From contig BLSG01000312.1 of assembly GCA_012862495.1 (NCBI GenBank), positions 88,636 through 130,401 of the forward strand: 41,766 bases of DNA. The letters run 5' to 3'. The DNA is from Thraustochytrium aureum. Taxonomy: Eukaryota. Numbering within the stretch: position 1 is the stretch's first letter; each line of letters opens with the position of its first letter. The translations under genes and the position numbers were made by a program. Of this stretch, positions 12,001 through 21,961 are shown one piece after another. Below the pieces are notes generated by a model that was not told the DNA's origin, did no database searches, and was given only the letters and a program-made list of their open reading frames with translations.

Positions 12001-13892
12001 ACGCGACGCAGGGGCGGATGGTGCAAACGCTGAGATGCTGGCAAAGTACAAAAAATGCGCGAGGTTGGGATCGGGCCTGTGGCAGTTCGCCAGAAAATGC
12101 TGATGGACGGCATCTCGGACGAAACCCTGATCGAAACCGTTCTCGCCGTCAAGCCGCAAGTAGCGTCGAGCGTCGCAACGAGCCTTCCTGAGGGCGCAAA
12201 GTCCGCCGCCGAGCCAAGCAATGGATTCGAAGGGGCCCAGGTCGATCCCAAGCCCAAGCCGGTGGCGACCTGGCAGCGCTGCAAGCAATGCCGGAGGCAG
12301 CCAAGTACGTGAAAATGGGCAAGCTCGGGCTCGCCCCGCAAGCCGTGCGACAAAAGATTCTATTGGACGGGGCCCCAGACGCGGTGCTTGACGCGTTTGA
12401 TGCTGCCTTTCCACGCGAGCAAGTTGCCAAGCCCGCGGTAGTGCAGATGACGAAAGAGCAAGCCCTAGAAAAGCTCGAGGCCATCGAGGGCAGCGACAAG
12501 TACCTGCGGATGAGCAAAATGGGTCTCCCGCCGCCAGCCATCAAGCAGAAAATGAGCTTGGACAAAGCCCCAGAGGAGATGGTCCGCCTCGTCGAGGTGT
12601 ACCTCGGCATCGCCAAGGTAGGGCCCACAAGTGGGGCGCCACCGGCTCCCCGCAGCCGGGGTCTCGTCCGACTGCATTGGAACCCGCTCCGTGTTGAGTC
12701 TCGGGAAAACACTGTGTGGGCGGCAGCAGAAGCACTGCCAGAGGACGATCTGAAAGAGATCGAGGAGATCTTTGCTGCCAAGAAGCCCAGCACAGCGGCG
12801 AGCAGGCCCGGTGGCCATGGGCGTGGGGCAGGACGGACTCATGGCGGTGCTGCTGGAAACTCTGGGCGCCCCGCGGGCCGCAAGAGCACTGTCTGCGGGA
12901 AGCGCGAGGCAAATGTATCGATCGGGCTTTCGCAGTTCAAACGAGACTTTGCAAGCTTCGAGGACATCGCCGAAGCGATCTGCGCCGCAGACTCGGCCAA
13001 GTTGGGCTCTGCAAAGCTTGAGCTGCTGCTTGAACTGCTGCCGACGTCCGACGAGGTCAAGGCGCTAGGCGGAGAGATCGCGCGGTCTTCTCGTGAAGCG
13101 TTCCTGAAGGATGCGACTTTGGTCGAGCGCTTCTTCCTCGCGGTTAGCAGTGTCGCCGAGCCCGAAATGAAGGTGCGCAGCATGCTCTTCCTTGCGCGGT
13201 TTCCGGAAATCCAGCAGGACGTGAGCGCCAAAATGGCTGTCATTACATGTGCCTGCGCCCAGATCAAGTCGAGCGTGCGGCTCCAGCAGCTCTTCAAGCT
13301 CATTCTGTCGATTGGCAACTTTATCAACGGGGCAGAGTCGGACGGGTTTACCCTGGACTCGCTGCTCAAGCTGCGCGAGACGCGGGGCACGGACAAGACC
13401 AGCGTGATTGACTACCTTTGTAAGGTAGCGTTCCGCAAAGGCGGGGAGGCGCTCCTGCACTTTGAGGAGGACTTGGGCGACGTCGAGGCTGCCAGCAAGT
13501 TTGTCCCCGGCGAGCTCGCCAAAGAGGTCGCCGCAACCAAGAGCAGGACGGTAGCGCTCGGCAAGGTAATCGAGGCCGATCCGGAGGCGCCTTTTGCCAA
13601 GAGCCTCGCCGCGGAGCTCGCCCGCGTCGAGCCAGAGGTCGCAAGCTTGCAAGCCCAGGCGCTCGAAATGGAGGAGGCAATCCAACAAGCGATCACATAC
13701 CTCGGAGAGTCGGAGACCTGCACCGCCAAGCACATGTTTACGGTGATGGCAGAGTTTGTCAAGTCGTTCACGGCGGCTCGGCTCAAGCGCGAGCAGACGA
13801 TCAAGAGAGAGCAGCGCGCGAAAAGGGCGGCCGAGGCCAAAGCCGCCAAGCATGCCGCGAAGGAGCGAGACATACTCGAAAGCAAACGCTAG
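9070..13892 (+). CDS. Multidomain formin: PH, ankyrin repeats, WW, low-complexity linker, 3 CCDC53/WASHC3-like repeats, FH2. 5' end in gap; frameshifts at ~12055 and ~12280
   Basis: PH (~9475-9815: GGMLWKLP..KRKWFQV..LRW..VTKVLRGQQTKPF..ERTLDLAA..AALWLEGL). Ankyrin repeats (~9940-10660: GQTALQAAV, GTAPLHTAA, GQTVLHRAV, GNTALHFAA). WW (YTEDGHAYYVSYATGESQWEDP, ~10740-10813). FH2 (LHWNPL..NTVW..NVSIGLSQFK..LLPTSDE..ERFF..ILSIGNFIN..GFTLDSLLKL). The frame from 11289 runs open into ORF 11573-12103. Confidence 0.85.
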
Positions 13893-14517
13893 TACTCTGC
13901 CAATCGAATTTGTGGATGCGCTCGAGCCCGAACTGGTTCCGACGGAAGCGGTCGACTTTATATTTTTAGAAATAGAGGTGCTGGAGACGCGAGCGTGATC
14001 TCCTCTGTTTGCTTTTAACCGAGGGAATAGGGCACGTCGCCCGCACGCTGCGCTTCTGCACGAGAGCCGTCAATCAACGCAAGATCAAATCAAAAAAGAT
14101 CAACAGTGCAAGGCTTTTTCATCCGTCACCTGCGGCGACTTCATTCCACATTTGCAAAAGTCTCNNNNNNNNNNNNNNNNNNNNNNNNNNNNNNNNNNNN
14201 NNNNNNNNNNNNNNNNNNNNNNNNNNNNNNNNNNNNNNNNNNNNNNNNNNNNNNNNNNNNNNNNNNNNNNNNNNNNNNNNNNNNNNNNNNNNNNNNNNNN
14301 NNNNNNNNNNNNNNNNNNNNNNNNNNNNNNNNNNNNNNNNNNNAGCTGCATAAGGATCTGGAAGCCATCGAGCCGAGCAGAAGAAACGTCACGCCGCGCG
14401 GCCCTCGACGCCGCCGTGACAGAAACAAAAACGGCCAAGCAGAGGATTGTACTCTACTCCACAATAAAGAAATAGGTAACCAGCCCCAACGCCTTGCCGC
14501 GAGACACCTCGCTGCGC

Positions 14518-17305
14518 TCACCTCAAGTGATCCGTCCTGGGATTGCGCGCACACCCGGAGCCCGAAAGGATGTGGTGCTTCCAGCCCTCGGTTCCCGGCT
14601 TGCAGTCCTTGTGACACAAGGGACACCTGTTTGCCTTCGACAAGGGCTTCGCTTCAAGGCACGAGGCTCGTTCGACGTGCTGATCGAAAAACTGCGATGC
14701 GATCGCCTCATGGCAACGCGGACACTGCCGGTGGTTGTCCTTATTTTCGCACTCGTTGAGCAGATGGTCGTTGAGCATGGAGACCTCGATAACCTGCTCG
14801 CACTGCGCGCAGCTTGTGAGCATTGGGCACTCCTTCCAATAGTGCATGTCGAGAGCGTCTTCCGTGAAGCTCGGGTCCTTTCGGTGGCAGAATTGGCAGG
14901 TGAAAGGCTCGGTCTCGTCCTCATCCTCCTCTCCGTCGGAAGCAGCATCGAGACCTCTGGTGGAATCGCGCGAAACGTTGATATTGATGTTTAGCTCGCG
15001 ATCGCCGCCGCTGCCCTGTCGCCGGCCGCCCTTTGTCTCGGCCTCGCGCTCAACAGGTCCTCATCGCCGACGTTGCGCGAGCTCTGCGGTCGGCGCGCAG
15101 AGCCGCGCGCTGAGAACGGCCAGAGCGAGCGGAACCAGGCGCTTCACGGCGGGGCGAGGGCCCCGGGGACGGCTCCCTGCGCATCGGCTTTGGCTGCGCG
15201 GTCCCGCCAGTGAGCTGGTCAAAGCCGACTTGGTACTCTTCGAGCTGCTTTGGCCGGAGCTCTTTGAGGAAGGGCATGACCTCGTCGCCGACGTGGCCGT
15301 ACATCGCCATGACGAGGTCTTTGGTTGTTTCGCGCACCTCTGTGTGCGGGTGAGCAAGCGCATTGTTGGCGGTGACAAAGTGCATGACCGGCTCGAGGCC
15401 AAGTCCGAGCTCGTCGCGCAGGCCGTGCACCTGGACCAAGTCGGCGACAAGCTTGAGCCGGCCGAGTAGCTGACGCCAGAGCAGAGTCTTGCCTTGGCGC
15501 GTGGGCCGAAGCGCAGCTTGGGCAACTACATGCGCGCCGACATTTCGAGTTGAAGCGAGGTGCAGGAGGGCCTTGGAAGCCGCGGCACGGAGTCGCGCGG
15601 TATTATTTCCGAGGCGCTCCACCAGCGCCGGAAGAAGGGCCTCAACCGAGTGCGTGTCGCTCCGTTTGAGTTCGCTCGCCTTGGAGGTCACCAGCTCAAG
15701 AACCTTGAGGCCTTGCAGGAACACGTTGGCGATTTTGTCAGTGGCAGCAATCTTCGCAGACGCTTGTGAAGGCGCTGAAGACGCGGAGCTCGTTGAGCGA
15801 GTAAGAGTTCACCGTGTTTTCGAGCGCGGAGAGCGCCGCGGAGCGGAGCTTGACCTGGCGAGAGAACACGCAGCGCACCAGGTACTCGCCGAAAACATCG
15901 ACAAGTGGCTGGGTCTCGTTGGCGAGACCGACGGGCAAGGGCTCTGCCTCGGGGAGCGTTTCAAACTCGGGCACCGATCCGAGGGCCTCCGCGATGACCT
16001 CTGGGTCTGTCGTTGGGGCCTGGTCAGCCGCGGCATCGCCGTCTAGCGTGGCGCCGGCAGCGTCGCCCGGGAAATCGTGCGCTGGATTTCCCCTAGCGCT
16101 CAGTCCGCTGCCGCCGGGTGAGCGTTGCAAAACGGGGAGCGGGCGCTCGTCGTCCCCGGGGAGCCCCCGGCTCCTGTGCGACATTTGCGGCGAGGGGCTA
16201 CCGAAGGCGCCCAGGTCGTGGGAGGCCCGGTCAAAGCTCCTCTCGTGGGCGCCGCCGTCAAGCCCTGCGTCGTCTTCCTCGTCGTAGTTGTTGTTGCTGC
16301 TGCTGCGGGCGAGATGCGGTTGGGCCCCGTACGGGCCGCGAGCGCCAATGTGCACCTGTTGATCGCGCGGGCTCGTTTCGGGGCCGAGGCGGGCGCTACC
16401 GATAGAATCAGACCACCCTCGCGCAGCGGCGACAGGTGCCGCGCCTTGAAGCTGGCGGCCGCTGCGAGGCGCGCGCCCACCGCGCAGGAGGCTACCGGTG
16501 ATGTGTTCCACTTCGTCGCGCAGCGCGCTGATCTCCTTCTTCACCAGAGCGGCCTTGTCGTAGTCCTCGCGCTGCACAGCGGCCAGCTTGGCGTTCTCCA
16601 GGCCAGCGATCTTGACGCCAAAGTGCTTGAGCTGATCCTGCGCGCGCTTGAGCTCTTTGGCGAGCTCAAAGTCCTCATCGGCCACGGCGGCCTCTTTGGC
16701 CTGGTGCAACTCGCGCATCACCTGCGCGGTCTGCTTGTCAAAGTTCATGTCGAAGGCGAGGTCCTCGAGCGGGGGCACCGCCTTTTGCGGCGGAGCGACG
16801 TACTTGGCGCCCCCTTGGCTGTGCGCGGACGCGGGCCGCGCGTCGGACGGCACGCCAAGCACGTTGATGGCGATGATGCCGGCCTGGTTGTAGATGTTGT
16901 GCCTGTTGAGGTGGCACTTGTGGATGAGGAGCTTAAGGAAGCGGCCCTGCTTGCCAATGTAGACGCTCTTCAGCTCGCGGGCGGCAAAGTCGCTTCGCTC
17001 GTTCTCGTCCAGCGAGAGGTGCCCGAGCCGCTTGAAGGCGCAGGTCTCGTAGGATTCGCCGTTCCCGACGAAGACGTCGATCTTGGTTGCAATCTTGGAC
17101 TCGTGCGAGAGGATCTGCAACTGGGACAGCTGGACCTGTCCGACGAGAAACTCGAGCCCGATCTCTTGCGGGTATGCGCAAAAGGGCGGCGACTGCCACC
17201 CTCGCGTTTGCGGCGAATGGGTGTTGAGCTCTCCAGCGGGGAACTCTGCGTCCTCGCCGGAGCAAAACGCAACCTCAAATTTGATCTGCTTTGGCGTGGG
17301 TCCAT
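14518..17305 (-). CDS. CEP104: Centrosomal/ciliary-tip protein CEP104 (FAP256) with several frameshifts
   Basis: N-terminal jelly-roll domain (SGEDAEFPAGELNTHSPQTRGWQSPPFCAYPQEIGL..QILSHESKIATKID..RLGHLSLDENERSDFAARELKSV..NIYNQAGIIAINVLG). UVR-like coiled coil (AVADEDFELAK, AVQREDYDKA). TOG/HEAT region (VFLQGL..LVERLGNN..WRQLLGRL). C-terminal Zn-finger array (HYWKECPMLTSCAQCEQVIE..CPRCHEAI..RCPLCH..GWKHH..CARNPR). Confidence 0.93.
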
Positions 17306-18379
17306 NNNNNNNNNNNNNNNNNNNNNNNNNNNNNNNNNNNNNNNNNNNNNNNNNNNNNNNNNNNNNNNNNNNNNNNNNNNNNNNNNNNNNNNNNNNNNNN
17401 NNNNNNNNNNNNNNNNNNNNNNNNNNNNNNNNNNNNNNNNNNNNNNNNNNNNNNNNNNNNNNNNNNNNNNNNNNNNNNNNNNNNNNNNNNNNNNNNNNNN
17501 NNNNNNNNNNNNNNNNNNNNNNNNNNNNNNNNNNNNNNNNNNNNNNNNNNNNNNNNNNNNNNNNNNNNNNNNNNNNNNNNNNNNNNNNNNNNNNNNNNNN
17601 NNNNNNNNNNNNNNNNNNNNNNNNNNNNNNNNNNNNNNNNNNNNNNNNNNNNNNNNNNNNNNNNNNNNNNNNNNNNNNNNNNNNNNNNNNNNNNNNNNNN
17701 NNNNNNNNNNNNNNNNNNNNNNNNNNNNNNNNNNNNNNNNNNNNNNNNNNNNNNNNNNNNNNNNNNNNNNNNNNNNNNNNNNNNNNNNNNNNNNNNNNNN
17801 NNNNNNNNNNNNNNNNNNNNNNNNNNNNNNNNNNNNNNNNNNNNNNNNNNNNNNNNNNNNNNNNNNNNNNNNNNNNNNNNNNNNNNNNNNNNNNNNNNNN
17901 NNNNNNNNNNNNNNNNNNNNNNNNNNNNNNNNNNNNNNNNNNNNNNNNNNNNNNNNNNNNNNNNNNNNNNNNNNNNNNNNNNNNNNNNNNNNNNNNNNNN
18001 NNNNNNNNNNNNNNNNNNNNNNNNNNNNNNNNNNNNNNNNNNNNNNNNNNNNNNNNNNNNNNNNNNNNNNNNNNNNNNNNNNNNNNNNNNNNNNNNNNNN
18101 NNNNNNNNNNNNNNNNNNNNNNNNNNNNNNNNNNNNNNNNNNNNNNNNNNNNNNNNNNNNNNNNNNGCCAATGGTCGCGTTGAAGCGAAAACGGTGTTCT
18201 TGCAACGAACTTTCAGGAAAATCAAACAACACGGGTCTTGCGAATGGACTCTCCGAACTGCGTGGGTGAGACACCCACGCAGTCCCCAATCCTTAAAGGA
18301 CGCCAACGAACGAGCTCCAGCTGACTCGAACGCGTGCTTGCGAGGACGTGACTAAGCGGTTTCAACATCGAGCTCCACC

Positions 18380-19249
18380 ATGATGGCGAGCTGCATCGTT
18401 CAGGTTCAGGCGCCTGCAATCAAGTGCGAGGCCACCTCAAAGGACAGCGACAGCGAATGGGAGGTGGTCACCGAGTCCGCATCGGAGTCGTGGATGGTAG
18501 AAGAATGCCATGCCGCGTCCTACGTTGCGCACATGGAACCAGACGAACTGGCGAAGGCCATGGTGGAATCGGTCTCGGGCCGCGAAGAGCGAGCTGTGGA
18601 ACTCTTTGAAGCGGCGTTCAGGGCAGAAGCAAGCGTTTCGTCGCCTTTGCAGGTGGCCTCCTTTATCGCCGCAGCCGCCGAGCACAACAAGGTGTACGTC
18701 CTCGACATTGTGCTCGAGCAAGTCAGGCAGACCATTGCAGACGACGTGAACCACGGACGGTTCAGCAAGCCCGCTCCAGTGATCGCAAAGGCCGTTTCGA
18801 ACGCCCTAGCAGCGCCAGGGACCTCGCGGCTCTGCACGATCGTCCTGTCCAACTTCATGTCAGGATTTGAGAACCCCAAAAAGCTGCGGCCTTCGATTCC
18901 TGCGTCCAAGACGCAAAAGACGCAAAAGTCGCCAATCAAGGAACAACGCCGCACGATGGAGATTGCACTGAGCATGCCGGCACCGAGCGTGATTGACGCT
19001 GCCAAAACGGGCCGCCTCGACGAGGTGAAGCGTTTCTATCAGGCCAACCCGAAGTGCCTTGAGGTGAAATACTTTGATTCAAACGCGCTGTACTACGCCT
19101 GCCTCTGCGGACACCCACGGGTGGTCGAGTACATCCTAAGCAAGGCGCCCTATCTCGTTCGCGATAAGAACGAGTACGAGCGGATGTATATGTGCACTGG
19201 CAACGAGGCGACACACAGGGCTCTCAAGTTCTGGCGTCAACAAGCGTGA
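18380..19249 (+). CDS. 289-aa protein with C-terminal ABTB1-like ankyrin repeats and an acidic N-terminus
   Basis: Intact ORF. The C-terminal segment IDAAKTGRLDEVK..DSNALYYACLCGHPRVVEYIL..ERMY..N...RAL resembles the ankyrin module of ABTB1-type proteins (by recall). Confidence 0.75.
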   Translation: MMASCIVQVQAPAIKCEATSKDSDSEWEVVTESASESWMVEECHAASYVAHMEPDELAKAMVESVSGREERAVELFEAAFRAEASVSSPLQVASFIAAAAEHNKVYVLDIVLEQVRQTIADDVNHGRFSKPAPVIAKAVSNALAAPGTSRLCTIVLSNFMSGFENPKKLRPSIPASKTQKTQKSPIKEQRRTMEIALSMPAPSVIDAAKTGRLDEVKRFYQANPKCLEVKYFDSNALYYACLCGHPRVVEYILSKAPYLVRDKNEYERMYMCTGNEATHRALKFWRQQA

Positions 19250-19498
19250 ACTCCTGGCGAGGCGCCAAGCTAGTTCGGCCCGACAAGCCCCGAGAAGCAC
19301 AGCGGCGCTCTCTCTCTAGAGCCAGTACCAGTAAAAAAAGAATGTGCGTTGCTTCCTCCCTCCAGGGCATCTCGAGCGCCGGCAAGGCTCTTTGCCGAAG
19401 CGCACCAGGACGACTTGGTTGCTGCATTTAGCCGTCGCAAGGCCTCTGCAGGATGCAGGCACCGCGGCGAAGCGAGCGCTGGCTGCGAACCGCTCGTC

Positions 19499-21265
19499 CT
19501 ATTCACAACAGCGGCGCTGTTCACAGGGCGAAGGCCTGGGCGAGCACAGCCTTGCCCTGGGTCGCAAGGGGAACAGCATCCGCTCGGCCCTGGGCAACTC
19601 CGTGTGGCGGGGCTGGCGGCCCTGAAGCCGCCATCGCAGCAGGGACGGCGCCGCCGGGGGGGCGAGCGGGGCGTTGGGCTTGATCCCCTTGGCGTCGAAA
19701 AACTGCACCAGCTGAGTGGGCACCTCGCCAAGCGTGCGTCGCGCGAGCAGCTCGCCGTCGCACTTGCAATCCTTGTAGCACACAAACTGAACCGTGTCTC
19801 TGATGGCCTTGCGCCCGTTGCTGCTCTTGAGAGCCTTGCCGTCCGCGTCGAGGTACTCCATGGACGACATGTCGGCCGAGCCAATTCCCACGATCACGAT
19901 GGAGAGCGGCATTTCTGACGACCGCACGATTTCGTCCACGGTGGCCTGCATGTCCATGATCGCGCCGTCTGTGAGAATCAAAAGCACAGTGTAAGTCTGG
20001 GCCTGCTGGGAAAGCTCCGGGTTGAACACGATGCGGTTCACCTGGGCGAGGAGTGGCGCAAAGTAGGTCGGCCCGCTGAGCGGAACGTTCGCTAGCGCCT
20101 GCGAGTAGGCGTGCATGACGCCCTGAACACCATGGACCTCGGGATTGGCGTCGCTGCCGTTGAGGGGGAAGCAGTGACTGGTTGTTCCGCGGAAAACGCC
20201 GCCGAATCCAAAAGCGGCGATCATGCCGTCAGAATCGTACGGCTGGAGAATGCTGCCCACTGAGGCAATGGCTGACTGGTATTCGTTCAGCGCAGCACCC
20301 GAGCTGTAGTGTAGCGATCGGGGGGAGGAGGGGTCGCCGTTGGACGCGGTGAAGTCCACGGCGAGGATGAGGTTGACGTGCAGACCGCCGGCCAGGTAGT
20401 CGAGCATGCGGCTCGTGGGTGAGGCTTGGACGACCGCCGAGACTACCTCCATCAGGCCCGAGTTGAGGTACGAGGCCTTTTGGTACTTGCGCGTCGTGGG
20501 CGGGTGCTTGATGTCGAACCGGCGCCGGCCACCGGCGGCCATGACAAGGTCTTGCGCAGAAGCGTGAAACTCTCCGATCAGGTCTGGGCTGCTTCCCTCG
20601 TCGTAGTCAAAGACCGAAATGCGAAGTGGCTGATTCATGTTGCCCTGGCAGAGCTTGCCGAGCGATACCTGCATGGGCCGCCAGCGCGGCGACTTGGTGC
20701 TCTTGATCCATTCAGACTGGTACACCGAGATCCACTGCTCGCCGACCTGGCGCTCGATGATAAAGTATGGGTCGCTGCGGCTCAACCCGCCCCAGTCCTT
20801 GGCCTCGACGCCGCTGGCGCAGAGCTCGAGCGCGAGTACGCTGTCGCTGCCTCCGCCTTGCAGCTTTTCGCCGACCACGGTGATCGATCCACGCGAGCCG
20901 CTGTGGCCGTGCGACTCTAGCTGCATGCTGATGCACTGTCCTCGTGAGCCCATGAGATTTCCGAGGGTGAAGCTTGCTCGGCCGATGAGGTCGTGGTTGG
21001 TGTGCTCGTCGTAGTCGAAGACGTGCACGGTCACGATTTGGCTCTCCTCGAACTTGAAGTGGGCGTTGATCGAGTCCGGCCAGGACCCATCGCTGACGTT
21101 TTTGAGCGCCCGCGTGCTCCCGAGCTCACTCACCTTGCCATTCTTGCCCTCTTGGATCGTCACTTTTGCAAACGGGTCGCTTTTCGTCATCACATCCCTC
21201 GACCTGAGACCTCGGAACGCGATTTGCAGGTGAATCCCGCACCCTAGCGCTCCCATCGCCGCCAT
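19499..21265 (-). CDS. Copine (C2A, C2B, vWA) Ca2+-dependent phospholipid-binding protein
   Basis: RDVMTKSDPF..FKFEESQ..VFDYD..DLIG (C2A); KDWGGLSRSDPY..PLRISVFDYD (C2B); LAVDFTASNGDP..SLHY..FGFGG..HCFPLN..LSGPTYFAP..LLILTDG..PLSIVIVGIG..RDTVQFV (vWA). Start is ATG 21265 or 21256. The true end may be 19521 via a frameshift in the G-run at ~19660. Confidence 0.95.
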   Translation of the reverse strand: MAAMGALGCGIHLQIAFRGLRSRDVMTKSDPFAKVTIQEGKNGKVSELGSTRALKNVSDGSWPDSINAHFKFEESQIVTVHVFDYDEHTNHDLIGRASFTLGNLMGSRGQCISMQLESHGHSGSRGSITVVGEKLQGGGSDSVLALELCASGVEAKDWGGLSRSDPYFIIERQVGEQWISVYQSEWIKSTKSPRWRPMQVSLGKLCQGNMNQPLRISVFDYDEGSSPDLIGEFHASAQDLVMAAGGRRRFDIKHPPTTRKYQKASYLNSGLMEVVSAVVQASPTSRMLDYLAGGLHVNLILAVDFTASNGDPSSPRSLHYSSGAALNEYQSAIASVGSILQPYDSDGMIAAFGFGGVFRGTTSHCFPLNGSDANPEVHGVQGVMHAYSQALANVPLSGPTYFAPLLAQVNRIVFNPELSQQAQTYTVLLILTDGAIMDMQATVDEIVRSSEMPLSIVIVGIGSADMSSMEYLDADGKALKSSNGRKAIRDTVQFVCYKDCKCDGELLARRTLGEVPTQLVQFFDAKGIKPNAPLAPPAAPSLLRWRLQGRQPRHTELPRAERMLFPLRPRARLCSPRPSPCEQRRCCE

Positions 21266-21961
21266 GTTTTGCGTCCTCCGTGCGAAGGCCGGCCTCACGA
21301 GGACTTTGCGAATCAACGGCCAAGCGGCTCGACGCCGCTTCGTGCACTCCCTTGCTCTTCTTGACCGACCGACCAAAGAGCTCGCTCGAGCAAGCGCCTC
21401 GCTGGGTCCACCTGCGCGAGGCCGGCGTCCCTTTGCACTCCGCTTGCGCTCCGCGCCGGCCTTGCTCGAGGGCTCGCTCGCGTTCGGGGTCTGCCACCGC
21501 GAGCGACGCGGTCGAAGTACTGGCCTACTCTCACCTCACCTGACAGTGCAGTATCTTCGCTGATGTTTCACGAACGCACGCTCGCTCGCCAGTCATCGAA
21601 CGCACGCCAGGCACCGAACGCAGACACCGAACGCAGGCACGCAGGCACGCAAGCGCGCAGGCACGCTCTCGGGCAGTCGCGAACGCCTTTCTCNNNNNNN
21701 NNNNNNNNNNNNNNNNNNNNNNNNNNNNNNNNNNNNNNNNNNNNNNNNNNNNNNNNNNNNNNNNNNNNNNNNNNNNNNNNNNNNNNNNNNNNNNNNNNNN
21801 NNNNNNNNNNNNNNNNNNNNNNNNNNNNNNNNNNNNNNNNNNNNNNNNNNNNNNNNNNNNNNNNNNNNNNNNNNNNNNNNNNNNNNNNNTCGCCAGGAGC
21901 GCCTGGAGCTGCAGGAGCCCAGCAAAAGGATTGGGGCGTCGCGTCTGGCGGCTTCGGCAGG

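Noticed and set aside
21631..21667. Degenerate 8-bp repeat (ACGCAGGC)n between copine and RanGAP
   Set aside because: It is short low-complexity sequence with no evidence of a specific function.
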